64,000 nt of DNA from Bacteroidota bacterium. GTDB lineage: Bacteria > Bacteroidota > Ignavibacteria > SZUA-365. Of the stretch, positions 1 through 9,194 are shown in pieces. Made by a program: the position numbers and the translations under genes. Each line of letters begins with the position of its first letter. The stretch's first letter is position 1. The notes beneath the pieces are model-generated. The model saw only the letters and a program-made list of their open reading frames with translations. It had not been told where the DNA came from and searched no databases. Location: assembly GCA_014860565.1 (NCBI GenBank), contig JACZJN010000068.1, positions 23,152-87,151 on the forward strand, given 5' to 3'.

Positions 1-1
1 G

Positions 2-571
2 CTGCACCGACAGCTCGGAACCACAATGATCTATGTCACGCATGACCAGGTCGAAGCCATGACCATGGGTGACCGCATTACCGTGATGAAAGACGGCGAC
101 GTTCACCAGATCGACACACCGGTCGCGCTCTATAATCAACCAGCCGATATTTTTGTCGCGGGGTTTATCGGGAGTCCTTCGATGAACTTCATTCCAGCCC
201 GCGTCATTGACGACGGGTCGATTCTTTTGATTGCCGACAAACGGCCGATTACCGTGCCCGAGGAGCATCGCGCATTCCTTGCGGATTATCGCGGACAGGA
301 AGTCACGCTGGGATTGCGTCCTGAGCATGTCCGCTCCACCCCGGATTCATGCGAGTATCCTGCGCATATGGCCATGCAGCATGAAATGTCGGAACTGCTC
401 GGCAATGAAATGTATCTCTACCTCTCCACCGACAATCTCCACATTACAGGGCGATCCAATGTCGTGCGCCAGATAGAGATGGATACCGCCGTTGATATGT
501 ACTTTGATATGGCACACGCGCACTATTTCGAGGGAGCCAGCGGCACAGGCCGCACATTACATGTTCATTAA
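2..571 (+). CDS. ABC transporter ATP-binding protein, C-terminal part (MalK/UgpC-like with TOBE regulatory domain); 5' end lies outside the window
   Basis: Reading from nt 2 gives LHRQLGTTMIYVTHDQ.EAM.MGDRI.VM.DG, the D-loop/H-loop region of ABC ATPases. The following AGFIGSPSMNF...GLRPEH region is typical of the C-terminal transport-associated domain of MalK/UgpC/PotA. Stop codon at 569-571. Confidence 0.8.
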   Translation: MHRQLGTTMIYVTHDQVEAMTMGDRITVMKDGDVHQIDTPVALYNQPADIFVAGFIGSPSMNFIPARVIDDGSILLIADKRPITVPEEHRAFLADYRGQEVTLGLRPEHVRSTPDSCEYPAHMAMQHEMSELLGNEMYLYLSTDNLHITGRSNVVRQIEMDTAVDMYFDMAHAHYFEGASGTGRTLHVH

Positions 572-694
572 TTCGCGTTTTACGTATTGCCCCGGGTAAG
601 ATGGGCAGGTATTTTATTGCCCAACGACCCTGGTGACGCTGCTGTTTGTCCTTCCCGGGCCTTGTATTCTGCCTCACGACTAATCTGATGCGAT

Positions 695-3600
695 ATGAAA
701 CGATTCGTGACAACCATTCTTCTCGCCCTGAGTTTCCTTTCCCTCCTGCATGCCGCCCCGGTGGATCAGCAACGCGCGCGCACCGTCGCCGTGAACTGGA
801 TGATGACCCGCGGAGGATCGGAGTATTCGACGATCAGCGTTTCCGACGTGTATCCCTTCTCACGCGAAGGAGTCGTCACGCATTACATCATGAACCTGCA
901 GCCCGACGGTTTCGTGTTCGTGGCAGGCGACGACATCGCCGCGCCTGTGCTTATGTACGGAGCCCATGGCCGGTACGACGGCATGACTCTGCCTCCTGCA
1001 CTGGCGGAGATGCTGGATCTGTACGCCGGTGATCTCGTGAAGGATGTCAGGAACGGTCTCTCCCAGCCATCCGCGATTGCCGGGCTCTGGCAGGAACTCT
1101 CCCAGGAAGGCACCGCTCAGCGCGGTTTCTTCAAGGGTGGCGGCAACAGTATTGCTTCCGTCTCACCACTGCTCACCGCGACATGGAATCAGACGACTCC
1201 GTACAATCTGGATTGTCCCGCGGTTACCAGCGGCGGCAGCGGCGGCCATGTGTACGTCGGCTGCGTCGCGACGGCAATGGCGATGATCATGCACTATCAT
1301 GGACATCCCTCGACCGGCGTCGGTTCGCACAGCTACACGCATCCGACCTACGGATTGCAAAGCGCCGATTTCGGAAATACGACGTATAACTGGGCCGCGA
1401 TGCCGAACAGTGTCAGCACGAGCAGTTCGACGGCGGCGAAAGCGGCGATCGCACAGCTGAGCTATCATTGCGGCGTTTCGGTCGACATGAATTACTCCCC
1501 TTCCGGATCAGGCGCCAACACTTCGGATGCGCGTGATGCGTTTGTGAATAACTTCCGCTACAAATCATCCGCACAGTATCGTTCGCGCAGCAGCTACGGA
1601 ACAACAACGTGGACTTCCCTTCTCGTGGACGAGCTCGACCACAGTCGTCCGGTGATGTACCGAGGATCGGAACAGAACGGATCCGGCGGACACGCGTTCA
1701 TCGTCGACGGTTATAATGGTACTGATTACTTCCATTTCAATTTCGGTTGGGGCGGGTATCTGAACGGATACTGCTACCTGAACGACATCACTCCCGGTTC
1801 GAATGAATTCTCATACTGGCAGGGAATGATCACCGGCATCGAGCCGCTCGCCAACGTCGCCCCCACCCTCGCCGCGCCTGCGAATCAGGCAACGGAGCAG
1901 TGCGTGACGCCGTCGCTGAGCTGGAATGCAGTCCAAGGTGCGATCAGCTACCGCCTGCAGGTCAGCACCAGCGCCGCATTCTCATCGACACTGTACGACA
2001 ATGCATCGTTGACATCGACCAGTGTGTCGATTCCATCGCTCGCGCCCGGCGTCCGGCACTACTGGCGCGTCAATGTCACAAGCGGTGCCGGGACGAGTCC
2101 CTGGTCGACGGCATGGAGTTTCTACACGCGCGAGGTGACCATCACCCCATCCAGTCCGACCACATTCTGTGAAGGCGGCAGTGTTCAGCTCGTCGGCAGT
2201 ACCGGTACCGGCGTCACCTACGTCTGGTCGCGGAACAGCGTGCCGATCGCCTCGGCCACGCAATCCACCTACACCGCCACGCAGTCCGGCAACTACACGC
2301 TCGCCATTCTCGACAATGGCTGCGCCACGTATTCCGATCCCGTTACAGTCAACGTCACCCCTCTTCCGATAGCGGAGATCACATCTCCGAACAGCGCCAA
2401 CATCTGTCAGGGCCAGAGTATCACGCTCAGCGCGACGCAGGCTGGCGGGTATACGTATCAATGGCGTCTTGACGGGACCGATCTCCCCGGCGCCACGGGA
2501 CCCGTCCTCTCGGTTGCGAACAGCGGGTTATATGACGTCGTCGTTACTTCCGCAGGCTGCGTCAGTACGTCAACGCCAGTGACCATCGCGGTGTATCCTG
2601 CCGATCCCGACGCCTTCGTGTGGACAGGTGCGGTCAGCAGCGAGTGGTCCACGAACGGGAACTGGGATTCTCCCTGTGCACTGCCGGGCAGCGGCGACAA
2701 TGTGACGATTCCCGGAAATGTCACGCCACCCTCCTCCATTCCTTCGTTGACACTCAACAACCTCACGGTGAATCATCCCGCGGGCATAGCGCTGGGCGGT
2801 TCCCTGGTCATCGACGGCGTGCTGAACCTGCAGAGCGGCAGCATCTCCCTTGGCGATCATGATCTCGTCATTTCCGCCAGCGGAAGCATCACAGGTGTGG
2901 GCACCGCGCGACATATCATCACGAACGGTAACGGCGTGCTTCGTCAGCTGGGCATCGGTTCTTCCGGACGGACTGGCGCGGTGCTGTACCCTGTCGGCGC
3001 GATGGCAGGCAGCTACACTCCCGTCACACTCGCCAATTCCGCGGCGTCCAACAGCTTCGGCGTACGTGTCAAGGCGCATGTGCTCAGCAATGGCTCGTTC
3101 GGTACGCAGGTTGCTGCCGGTGTGGTTGATCGCACGTGGGTGATCACGGCCGGCAGCGGACAGTCCGACGTCAGCCTGATGTTCGCCTGGACCGCAGCGG
3201 AAGAACTCTCCGGCTTCAACCGCGCGCAGTGTTTCGTTTCCCGCAACGACGCCGGCAGCAGCTGGGACGCCCTGCAGACACCCGGTGCCACGCAGGGGAG
3301 CGGTCAAGTGTCGCGCATGATTTCCGGCATCACCACATTCTCCCAGATGGGTCTCCCCTATGCCATTGGCAGCGAAGGAACGCTGTATCCCGTCGAACTG
3401 ATCAACTTTGCGGCATCGCTGACCGACAGCAGCGTACGACTGGACTGGTCGACGGTCAACGAGGTCAACAATTTCGGATTCCGTATCCAACGCCGGGGCG
3501 CGAACATCACGGATTGGCAGGATGCCGGATTCGTGGCGGCCGATGTGTCGTCGGTCGACCTGCATTCGTATGCCTGGATCGATCCCACTCCCCTTCCCGG

Positions 3601-3958
3601 TTCCAGTGAGTACCGTCTCGCCCAGGTCGATCTTGACGGCACGGTACATTATTCCACCGTGCTCACTGTCGGCGCACACGCCGCACTGCCGGCGTCTCTC
3701 AGCATGGTCTATCCCCAGCCACTGCGCAGCGGAGACAACGCCAGCGTGACCCTCTCCGCGCATACAGACGCTGCCCTTCGTCTCTCTCTCTTCGACATGC
3801 TTGGCCGCGAGGTGCAGACCCTCTTCGAAGGCAGCATGCCCGGTGGATCGTCGCGTGTCATTTCCCTTCCAACAGCAGGCCTTCGCCCCGGCGTCTGGTT
3901 CCTCCGCCTTGCCGTCGATAATGCCAGCCAGCTGAGGAAATTCAGCATCATCCGCTGA
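695..3958 (+). CDS. Secreted C10-family (streptopain/SpeB-like) cysteine peptidase with N-terminal pro/inhibitor-like region, FN3/Ig-like domains and a T9SS C-terminal sorting domain
   Basis: Signal peptide MKRFVTTILLALSFLSLLHA. Catalytic Cys context GGHVYVGCVATAMAMIMHYH and catalytic His context GGHAFIVDGYNG match the C10 family. Downstream are beta-sandwich repeats (LSWNAVQGAISYRLQVS is FN3-like). The C-terminus ...RVISLPTAGLRPGVWFLRLAVDNASQLRKFSIIR resembles the type IX secretion CTD. Confidence 0.8.
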   Translation: MKRFVTTILLALSFLSLLHAAPVDQQRARTVAVNWMMTRGGSEYSTISVSDVYPFSREGVVTHYIMNLQPDGFVFVAGDDIAAPVLMYGAHGRYDGMTLPPALAEMLDLYAGDLVKDVRNGLSQPSAIAGLWQELSQEGTAQRGFFKGGGNSIASVSPLLTATWNQTTPYNLDCPAVTSGGSGGHVYVGCVATAMAMIMHYHGHPSTGVGSHSYTHPTYGLQSADFGNTTYNWAAMPNSVSTSSSTAAKAAIAQLSYHCGVSVDMNYSPSGSGANTSDARDAFVNNFRYKSSAQYRSRSSYGTTTWTSLLVDELDHSRPVMYRGSEQNGSGGHAFIVDGYNGTDYFHFNFGWGGYLNGYCYLNDITPGSNEFSYWQGMITGIEPLANVAPTLAAPANQATEQCVTPSLSWNAVQGAISYRLQVSTSAAFSSTLYDNASLTSTSVSIPSLAPGVRHYWRVNVTSGAGTSPWSTAWSFYTREVTITPSSPTTFCEGGSVQLVGSTGTGVTYVWSRNSVPIASATQSTYTATQSGNYTLAILDNGCATYSDPVTVNVTPLPIAEITSPNSANICQGQSITLSATQAGGYTYQWRLDGTDLPGATGPVLSVANSGLYDVVVTSAGCVSTSTPVTIAVYPADPDAFVWTGAVSSEWSTNGNWDSPCALPGSGDNVTIPGNVTPPSSIPSLTLNNLTVNHPAGIALGGSLVIDGVLNLQSGSISLGDHDLVISASGSITGVGTARHIITNGNGVLRQLGIGSSGRTGAVLYPVGAMAGSYTPVTLANSAASNSFGVRVKAHVLSNGSFGTQVAAGVVDRTWVITAGSGQSDVSLMFAWTAAEELSGFNRAQCFVSRNDAGSSWDALQTPGATQGSGQVSRMISGITTFSQMGLPYAIGSEGTLYPVELINFAASLTDSSVRLDWSTVNEVNNFGFRIQRRGANITDWQDAGFVAADVSSVDLHSYAWIDPTPLPGSSEYRLAQVDLDGTVHYSTVLTVGAHAALPASLSMVYPQPLRSGDNASVTLSAHTDAALRLSLFDMLGREVQTLFEGSMPGGSSRVISLPTAGLRPGVWFLRLAVDNASQLRKFSIIR

Positions 3959-4023
3959 AGCCGCTGTAAAGCGGGCGCACCCGCGATATTGTTTTCTACA
4001 ACCATCGCCCTCTCCGTTCGCAT

Positions 4024-4058
4024 ACGCTCCGGCTCCTACGCCGGAGCGTTGCTTTTCA
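4024..4058 (+). terminator. Rho-independent terminator after the C10 peptidase gene
   Basis: Perfect 10-bp stem acgctccggc (4024-4033) pairs with gccggagcgt (4040-4049) across a 6-nt loop, followed by tgcttttcat. Confidence 0.6.
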
Positions 4059-4117
4059 TCCCGCGAGTGATAACTTAGGGAGTCATCAAATTTTGATTTT
4101 CCACTTCGGGACTCCAC

Positions 4118-7054
4118 ATGGATCGCATTCTCTTCTGCTTCCTCGTGTTTTCAATGCTGGGTGATGTCAGCTACGCACAGCTCCCCACCTACACCATTCC
4201 TCCTCACGCGCAGTCGCGGTTATTCTGTTACACGAACAAGCAGGCGGCGTTCTACGCCGGTGTAGCGAACGGGCTCAATAGCAGCGGCTTTCACGGGATA
4301 ACTCGAGAGAAGCAAAAACTGTTTGAGAATTACTGGATCCAGTTCGGGGAGCAGGTGCTCGACCGCAGCACCGCGGAAATTGAAATCACCCCGGCTGGAT
4401 TTCGCCGCCGCTATCCGTTGTATAATACAGTGGAAGAGGTCCTGTTCTCCGATTCTTTGACGCTTCTTTGCGTCAGCGTCCGCAGTGAATACCGGGGCAG
4501 CGTGCGGATCTATCCCGGCATGTCGATCTGGTGGCAGGACGCGACACAGTCCAAGCACGGAGACATGTATCGCCTGTTCAAGGAAGGCCTGCAGGGCGGC
4601 GCAACCGTGACCGGACTGGCCGGCGACTGGGACATTCTCCGTCCCCGCGACGCGGCCGCATTCTCGAATCCGGCGCCGATGCACATGCCGTTGATGTACT
4701 ACGGCCAGACCACGGGCACATTCACCTTCGCCGTGCAGTTCCTGCTCTCCGGCATTCCTCCCGTTCCCCGCGACGTACGCAGCATTCAGCGTCTTCGCAT
4801 CAATAAGGAACGAAGGCTCGAAAGCATGCTCTCCGCCGCGGACTTCAGCTGCACCGATGCCGTGACCACACAGGCCTTCCGCTGGATATCCACATCGATG
4901 GACGCGCTGCTGATGCGGCAAAACGGATTCGGTATCTATGCCGGTTTGCCGTGGTTCGACGATTACTGGGGACGCGATACCTTCATTTCACTCCCCGGCG
5001 CCCTGCTCGTAACGGGCCGCTTCGAAAGCGCCAAGGCGGTGTTTCGCTCCTTTCTCATGTACATGGATCGCGACAGCACTTCCGCGACCTACGGACGCAT
5101 TCCCAATCGCATTCAACCGCAGGACGTCATCTACAATACCGTGGACGGGACGCCATGGATGGTGATTCAGCTCTGGCAGTACTATCGCTACTCCGGCGAT
5201 CAGGCGTATCTGCGTGAGATATTCCCGGACATCGAACGCACGATCGCGGGAGCGCTGCGACATACCGATGGAAATCTGCTGCTGACCCATGGCGATGCGG
5301 AGACGTGGATGGACGCAGTCGGTCCAGAAGGTCCATGGTCGCCGCGCGGCAACCGCGCCCTCGATATCCAGGCCCTGTGGTATGCACAGCTGCGCGCCGC
5401 GGCGAATATCGCCGGAGTTCTGGGAGACCAATCCCGCGAAATTGGTTGGAACCGTTACGCGGACAAAGTGCGCTCGTCCGTACATCAACTCTACGTCGAC
5501 ACGCTGGAGTCACGCATTCATGACCATCTCAACGCCGACGACAGCCGGGATCTGCAGCTGCGTCCGAATGTGCTTTTTGCGCTGACGATCCCCGGTTCCG
5601 ACATTCTCGCCGATGTGTCCGACAGCCTGCGTTCCATCGTACTTCATTGTGTGTTTTCCGAATGTGTATTTCCGTACGGTGTGGCCTCGCTGTCTCAGGA
5701 GGATACGAATTTTCATCCCTGGCACGAGGCGCCGCGCTACTATGTCAAAGATGCCGCTTACCATAACGGAACGGTATGGACGTGGCTGACGGGTCCCGCC
5801 GTGAGTACGCTCACCTCCATCGGACTGCAGGACTCGGCATGGGTACTGACGCAATCGCTGCAGCGATTGGCGATGGACGCCGCCGCGGTCGGTACGATCC
5901 CGGAATGCACGGACGCGCTGCCGCGCGAAGATGGCGCGTTGCCGCGCTGGTCTGGGACATTCTCCCAGGCGTGGAGCGATGCGGAGTACTTGCGGAACTG
6001 GTTTCAGGATTATCTCGGCGTCAACCCGTCGTGGGAAGACGGTGCTCCCGTGCTCAGAATCACACCTTCCATCCCTGCTTCCCTGCTCGCCCAACCGGGG
6101 GATTCCGTGGCAGCCACGGTACGTGTCGGCAGCGCCCGCATCCGTGTTGTGTATCGGCAGGAAGGGAATACACGCGTGATGCAGCTTCGACATCTCGAAG
6201 GAGCGTCGACCATCCGCATTCAGGCGGGGGACGATCCTCCCCGTCTGCTCGCTCCGGGCGAACAGCTTCGCGCTGCCTATCCGGCTCCCCGGCCGCGATC
6301 GACAGCATTTCCTGATTCCCTCCCCTTATTCGCACAGCCTCGCAGTGCCGACAGCATACTGACCGTACAGTCCCCTCCATGGCCCCGTATCGACGGCGCA
6401 ACGGCTACCAGGCGCAACGAAGCGGCGAAGGAACTCTGTTCCGCTTTCGATCCGGAAGGCGACGACAAGGGACCGGACGGTTCGCACGTGTATCCCTCGA
6501 ACCCGCTGTTCGCCCCGGGCATTGCGGACCTGCGGTGGTTTGCGGTTGCAGAGGACAAGGAGAATGTGTATTTCACGATCCGCATGCAGGCGCTCGCCCA
6601 GCCGGGATGGCATCCCGAATACGGCTTCCAGCTCACGCTGCTCGCAATCGCCATCGATCAATCACACGATGCCGCGAAGCAGAGCACGGACCTTGGGGTT
6701 AATTCAGGCTTCACACTGCCGCAGGAGCAGGGATACGATCGTCTCATACTCGTCGGCGGCGGCGTTCGAGTCACCGATGCGCGCGGAGAAATCCTCGTCG
6801 AATTCATCCCGGAAACCACAACGGATGCCTTCGGCGATCCCGGATCGGCGACCATCCACTTCGCGATTCCACGCGCATATCTCGGCGGTGGCTTCGACCA
6901 CTGGCGCTACACAATTCTGAGCGGACTTCAGGATGATCACGGCGGCGCGGGAATCGGTGAATTCCGTTCCGTGTTCCCCCTCCCGACCGATTGGAATGGC
7001 GGCGGGAAATCCGGTGCGAACTGGTACGACATCATGCACTGTCCCGAGCATTGA
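4118..7054 (+). CDS. Secreted glycogen-debranching-enzyme-like protein (GDE_N + amylo-alpha-1,6-glucosidase GDE_C six-hairpin domain) with an extra C-terminal beta-sandwich/carbohydrate-binding-like region
   Basis: Signal peptide MDRILFCFLVFSMLGDVSYAQ. The central region (PNRIQPQDVIYNTVDGTPWMVIQLWQYYRYSGDQAYLREIFP...GDAETWMDAVGPEGPWSPRGNRALDIQALWYAQL...) is characteristic of bacterial/archaeal GDE_C (alpha/alpha)6 glucosidases. The C-terminal about 200 aa (DPEGDDKGPDGSHVYPSNPLF...) is a separate domain. Confidence 0.65.
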   Translation: MDRILFCFLVFSMLGDVSYAQLPTYTIPPHAQSRLFCYTNKQAAFYAGVANGLNSSGFHGITREKQKLFENYWIQFGEQVLDRSTAEIEITPAGFRRRYPLYNTVEEVLFSDSLTLLCVSVRSEYRGSVRIYPGMSIWWQDATQSKHGDMYRLFKEGLQGGATVTGLAGDWDILRPRDAAAFSNPAPMHMPLMYYGQTTGTFTFAVQFLLSGIPPVPRDVRSIQRLRINKERRLESMLSAADFSCTDAVTTQAFRWISTSMDALLMRQNGFGIYAGLPWFDDYWGRDTFISLPGALLVTGRFESAKAVFRSFLMYMDRDSTSATYGRIPNRIQPQDVIYNTVDGTPWMVIQLWQYYRYSGDQAYLREIFPDIERTIAGALRHTDGNLLLTHGDAETWMDAVGPEGPWSPRGNRALDIQALWYAQLRAAANIAGVLGDQSREIGWNRYADKVRSSVHQLYVDTLESRIHDHLNADDSRDLQLRPNVLFALTIPGSDILADVSDSLRSIVLHCVFSECVFPYGVASLSQEDTNFHPWHEAPRYYVKDAAYHNGTVWTWLTGPAVSTLTSIGLQDSAWVLTQSLQRLAMDAAAVGTIPECTDALPREDGALPRWSGTFSQAWSDAEYLRNWFQDYLGVNPSWEDGAPVLRITPSIPASLLAQPGDSVAATVRVGSARIRVVYRQEGNTRVMQLRHLEGASTIRIQAGDDPPRLLAPGEQLRAAYPAPRPRSTAFPDSLPLFAQPRSADSILTVQSPPWPRIDGATATRRNEAAKELCSAFDPEGDDKGPDGSHVYPSNPLFAPGIADLRWFAVAEDKENVYFTIRMQALAQPGWHPEYGFQLTLLAIAIDQSHDAAKQSTDLGVNSGFTLPQEQGYDRLILVGGGVRVTDARGEILVEFIPETTTDAFGDPGSATIHFAIPRAYLGGGFDHWRYTILSGLQDDHGGAGIGEFRSVFPLPTDWNGGGKSGANWYDIMHCPEH

Positions 7055-7108
7055 CTCCTGTCCGACGCATGTTATATTTCGGGTATCCCCACAGAAACGG
7101 AGCCGGCC

Positions 7109-7573
7109 ATGCCACAGATTACTCGCATCGTTGTCCCGATCGACTTCTCGGAATACTCCAAAAAAGCATTCCGCTATGCGATCGATTTCGCAAAAACATT
7201 CAACGCGGAGATGATTCTGGTTTATGTCGTGGAGCCCATCATTTATCCCGCCGATTTCAGTTTCGGACAGGTCGCGCTGCCGTCGATCGAGCGCGAACTG
7301 CACGACCGCAGTCTCGAGCAGCTTAACGCGCTTATTCAAACGGAAGTGCCTGAAGGAATCACCGCGCGAAGCGTGATTCGTTCAGGCAAGCCGTTCGTGG
7401 AAATCATTCAACTGGCGAAAGAGGAAAAGGCGGAGCTGATCATCATCGCGACACACGGACACTCCGGCATCGAACACGTGCTCTTCGGCAGCACTGCCGA
7501 GAAAGTCGTCCGCAAGGCACCATGCCCGGTACTTTCCCTGCGCAGTCCGGAGCGCGAATTCGTCATGCCGTGA
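7109..7573 (+). CDS. Universal stress protein (UspA family)
   Basis: MPQITRIVVPIDFSEYSKKAFRYAIDFAKTFNAEMILVYVVEP...IIIATHGHSGIEHVLFGSTAEKVVRKAPCPVL has the Usp fold with ATP-binding G-x2-G-x9-G(S/T) motif. GGAG Shine-Dalgarno 9 nt upstream of the start. Confidence 0.85.
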   Translation: MPQITRIVVPIDFSEYSKKAFRYAIDFAKTFNAEMILVYVVEPIIYPADFSFGQVALPSIERELHDRSLEQLNALIQTEVPEGITARSVIRSGKPFVEIIQLAKEEKAELIIIATHGHSGIEHVLFGSTAEKVVRKAPCPVLSLRSPEREFVMP

Positions 7574-7933
7574 TCAGGCGTCTTCGCTCCGTTCGGCTTT
7601 CGCGACGATCATGTAGTACATCAGGAACGCGAGACCGCCGCCGGTGAAAATGAGGCCCGTGATCAGTTCACCCTGATGGATCTGCGCCCAGCTGAACGCC
7701 TGCAGGGGAATGCTGAGCAGAAGCGCGACGCCGATAAAAAGCGCGGCCAGCCCCCACTTCAGGGCGGCGAAACGATTGGGTTTGCTCTGTGAGCCGAACA
7801 GGTACTTCATGTTCTCGTCAATTGAACCTTTCTCCAGGGCCATCGTCCGCACCTTTTGTCGGCTGTCGATGAACTTCCACAGCACCACGGCCGCGGCGAT
7901 GAACATGGTAATAGGGATCAGCATATCATTCAT
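7574..7933 (-). CDS. Small integral membrane protein of unknown function (3 predicted TM helices)
   Basis: The ORF track extends to 8041. The internal ATG at 7933 is preceded by AAGGAG and gives MNDMLIPITMFIAAAVVLWKF..., with hydrophobic helices at both ends. It is divergent from the ECF sigma gene. Confidence 0.5.
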   Translation of the reverse strand: MNDMLIPITMFIAAAVVLWKFIDSRQKVRTMALEKGSIDENMKYLFGSQSKPNRFAALKWGLAALFIGVALLLSIPLQAFSWAQIHQGELITGLIFTGGGLAFLMYYMIVAKAERSEDA

Positions 7934-8073
7934 GAAAACTCCTTTGTGCGTCGGGTGTTCGTTTCTATCTCTCTTTGACCGAGTATCCGATCGCAGGGTT
8001 TCATGTTTTTTCTGAAACCCTACTCCGTGGCGACCGGTCAAAGAAAAGAAGATGGATCCACAACCGCGGTATA

Positions 8074-8643
8074 ATGAAAGACACGGATCAGGACATCATC
8101 GTCCGCATCGCAGCGGGCGACAAACACGGATACGGCGTTCTGCTCGAGCGCTACCGTGGAAAGGTCATGACGCTGGCGATGCGCATGCTTGGTCGGCGGG
8201 AAGACGCCGAGGAGGCCGCGCAGGATGCGTTTATCCGCGCCTTCCGCAGTCTGCATCAGTTCGAACAGCGGGCGCAGTTTTCCACCTGGCTCTACCGCAT
8301 CACCTATAACGTGTGCGCAACGCAGCTCTCGCGCCGCCGAGGATACACGCAATCGATTGACGATGATGATTCTCCCGAAATAGCCGATCCATCAGGAAGC
8401 AGCGACGGACAACTGGAGTCCCTGGAACTGCGCGCCGCACTCGGACGCGCGATCGACAAGCTCCGACCGGAATACGCTTCCGTGATCACACTGTTTTATA
8501 TGCACGAACAATCGCATGAAGAAATCTGCTCGATCACCGGACTGCCGATCGGCACGATCAAAAACCGCCTGCACCGGGCGCGAACCGAGTTGAGACAGCA
8601 GCTCGAACGAAATGACACACACGCTTCCCTTCTGCATACATGA
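8074..8643 (+). CDS. RNA polymerase sigma-70 factor, ECF subfamily
   Basis: Region 2 (AAQDAFIRAFRSLHQFEQRAQFSTWLYRITYNVCATQ) and region 4 (EICSITGLPIGTIKNRLHRARTELRQQL) are conserved. The start is taken at the ATG at 8074 (MKDTDQDIIVRIAAGD). Confidence 0.85.
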   Translation: MKDTDQDIIVRIAAGDKHGYGVLLERYRGKVMTLAMRMLGRREDAEEAAQDAFIRAFRSLHQFEQRAQFSTWLYRITYNVCATQLSRRRGYTQSIDDDDSPEIADPSGSSDGQLESLELRAALGRAIDKLRPEYASVITLFYMHEQSHEEICSITGLPIGTIKNRLHRARTELRQQLERNDTHASLLHT

Positions 8644-8651
8644 GATGAAAC

Positions 8652-9194
8652 ATGGAACATCCAGAGCGTGAACTTCTGATATTATTCGCCGAGGGCCTGC
8701 TTGGCGAAGCGCAGGCGGACGGCATTCGGTCCCATATCGAGACCTGTCCGCGCTGCCGAGAGACTGTCGTATCCGAACGGGAGTTCGGCGAGGCCCTTCG
8801 CACCCAGCCACTGTTGCAGCCCTCTCACGCGTTCGACCGCAGGGTGCTCGATGCCGTGCTGCCCGCCACGTCGCGAAGCCGGCGGGAGGATATTTCGCTT
8901 CGCAGGTATGCCGGGCTGATTGTGCTCTGTGTCGTCACGCTGATCGTGGCCGTGATCGCATCCGGCCACAGCGGCAACGGACCGGTGTGGATGCGGCCGG
9001 TATCGGATGTCATGAGTACCGCGAGCAAAGCAGTGACCGGAGCGCTCGTCGACGGAATGAAACAGCTGTTTTCGCCTCTGCATGCCGCGAAAGGCAGTGG
9101 GGTGATTGAAATATTCGCCCTCGCGGCCCTCGCCCTCGTGGTGCTCGGCGGACTTGATCGCGTGTTTTCTCCCTTCGCAAAAAAAGGTCGCTGA
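8652..9194 (+). CDS. Anti-sigma factor (zinc-finger type, single TM helix)
   Basis: Lies immediately downstream of the ECF sigma gene. The N-terminal H-x3-C-x2-C motif (SHIETCPRCRE) is typical of ZAS/RsiW-like anti-sigma factors. Central hydrophobic helix AGLIVLCVVTLIVAVIA. Confidence 0.65.
   Translation: MEHPERELLILFAEGLLGEAQADGIRSHIETCPRCRETVVSEREFGEALRTQPLLQPSHAFDRRVLDAVLPATSRSRREDISLRRYAGLIVLCVVTLIVAVIASGHSGNGPVWMRPVSDVMSTASKAVTGALVDGMKQLFSPLHAAKGSGVIEIFALAALALVVLGGLDRVFSPFAKKGR

Noticed and set aside
2570-4117. 515-aa ORF on the minus strand
   Set aside because: It runs antisense through the well-supported C10 peptidase gene. Its composition is Arg/Gly/Ala-rich, typical of antisense frames in high-GC DNA. 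It has no domain signature and no ribosome-binding site.
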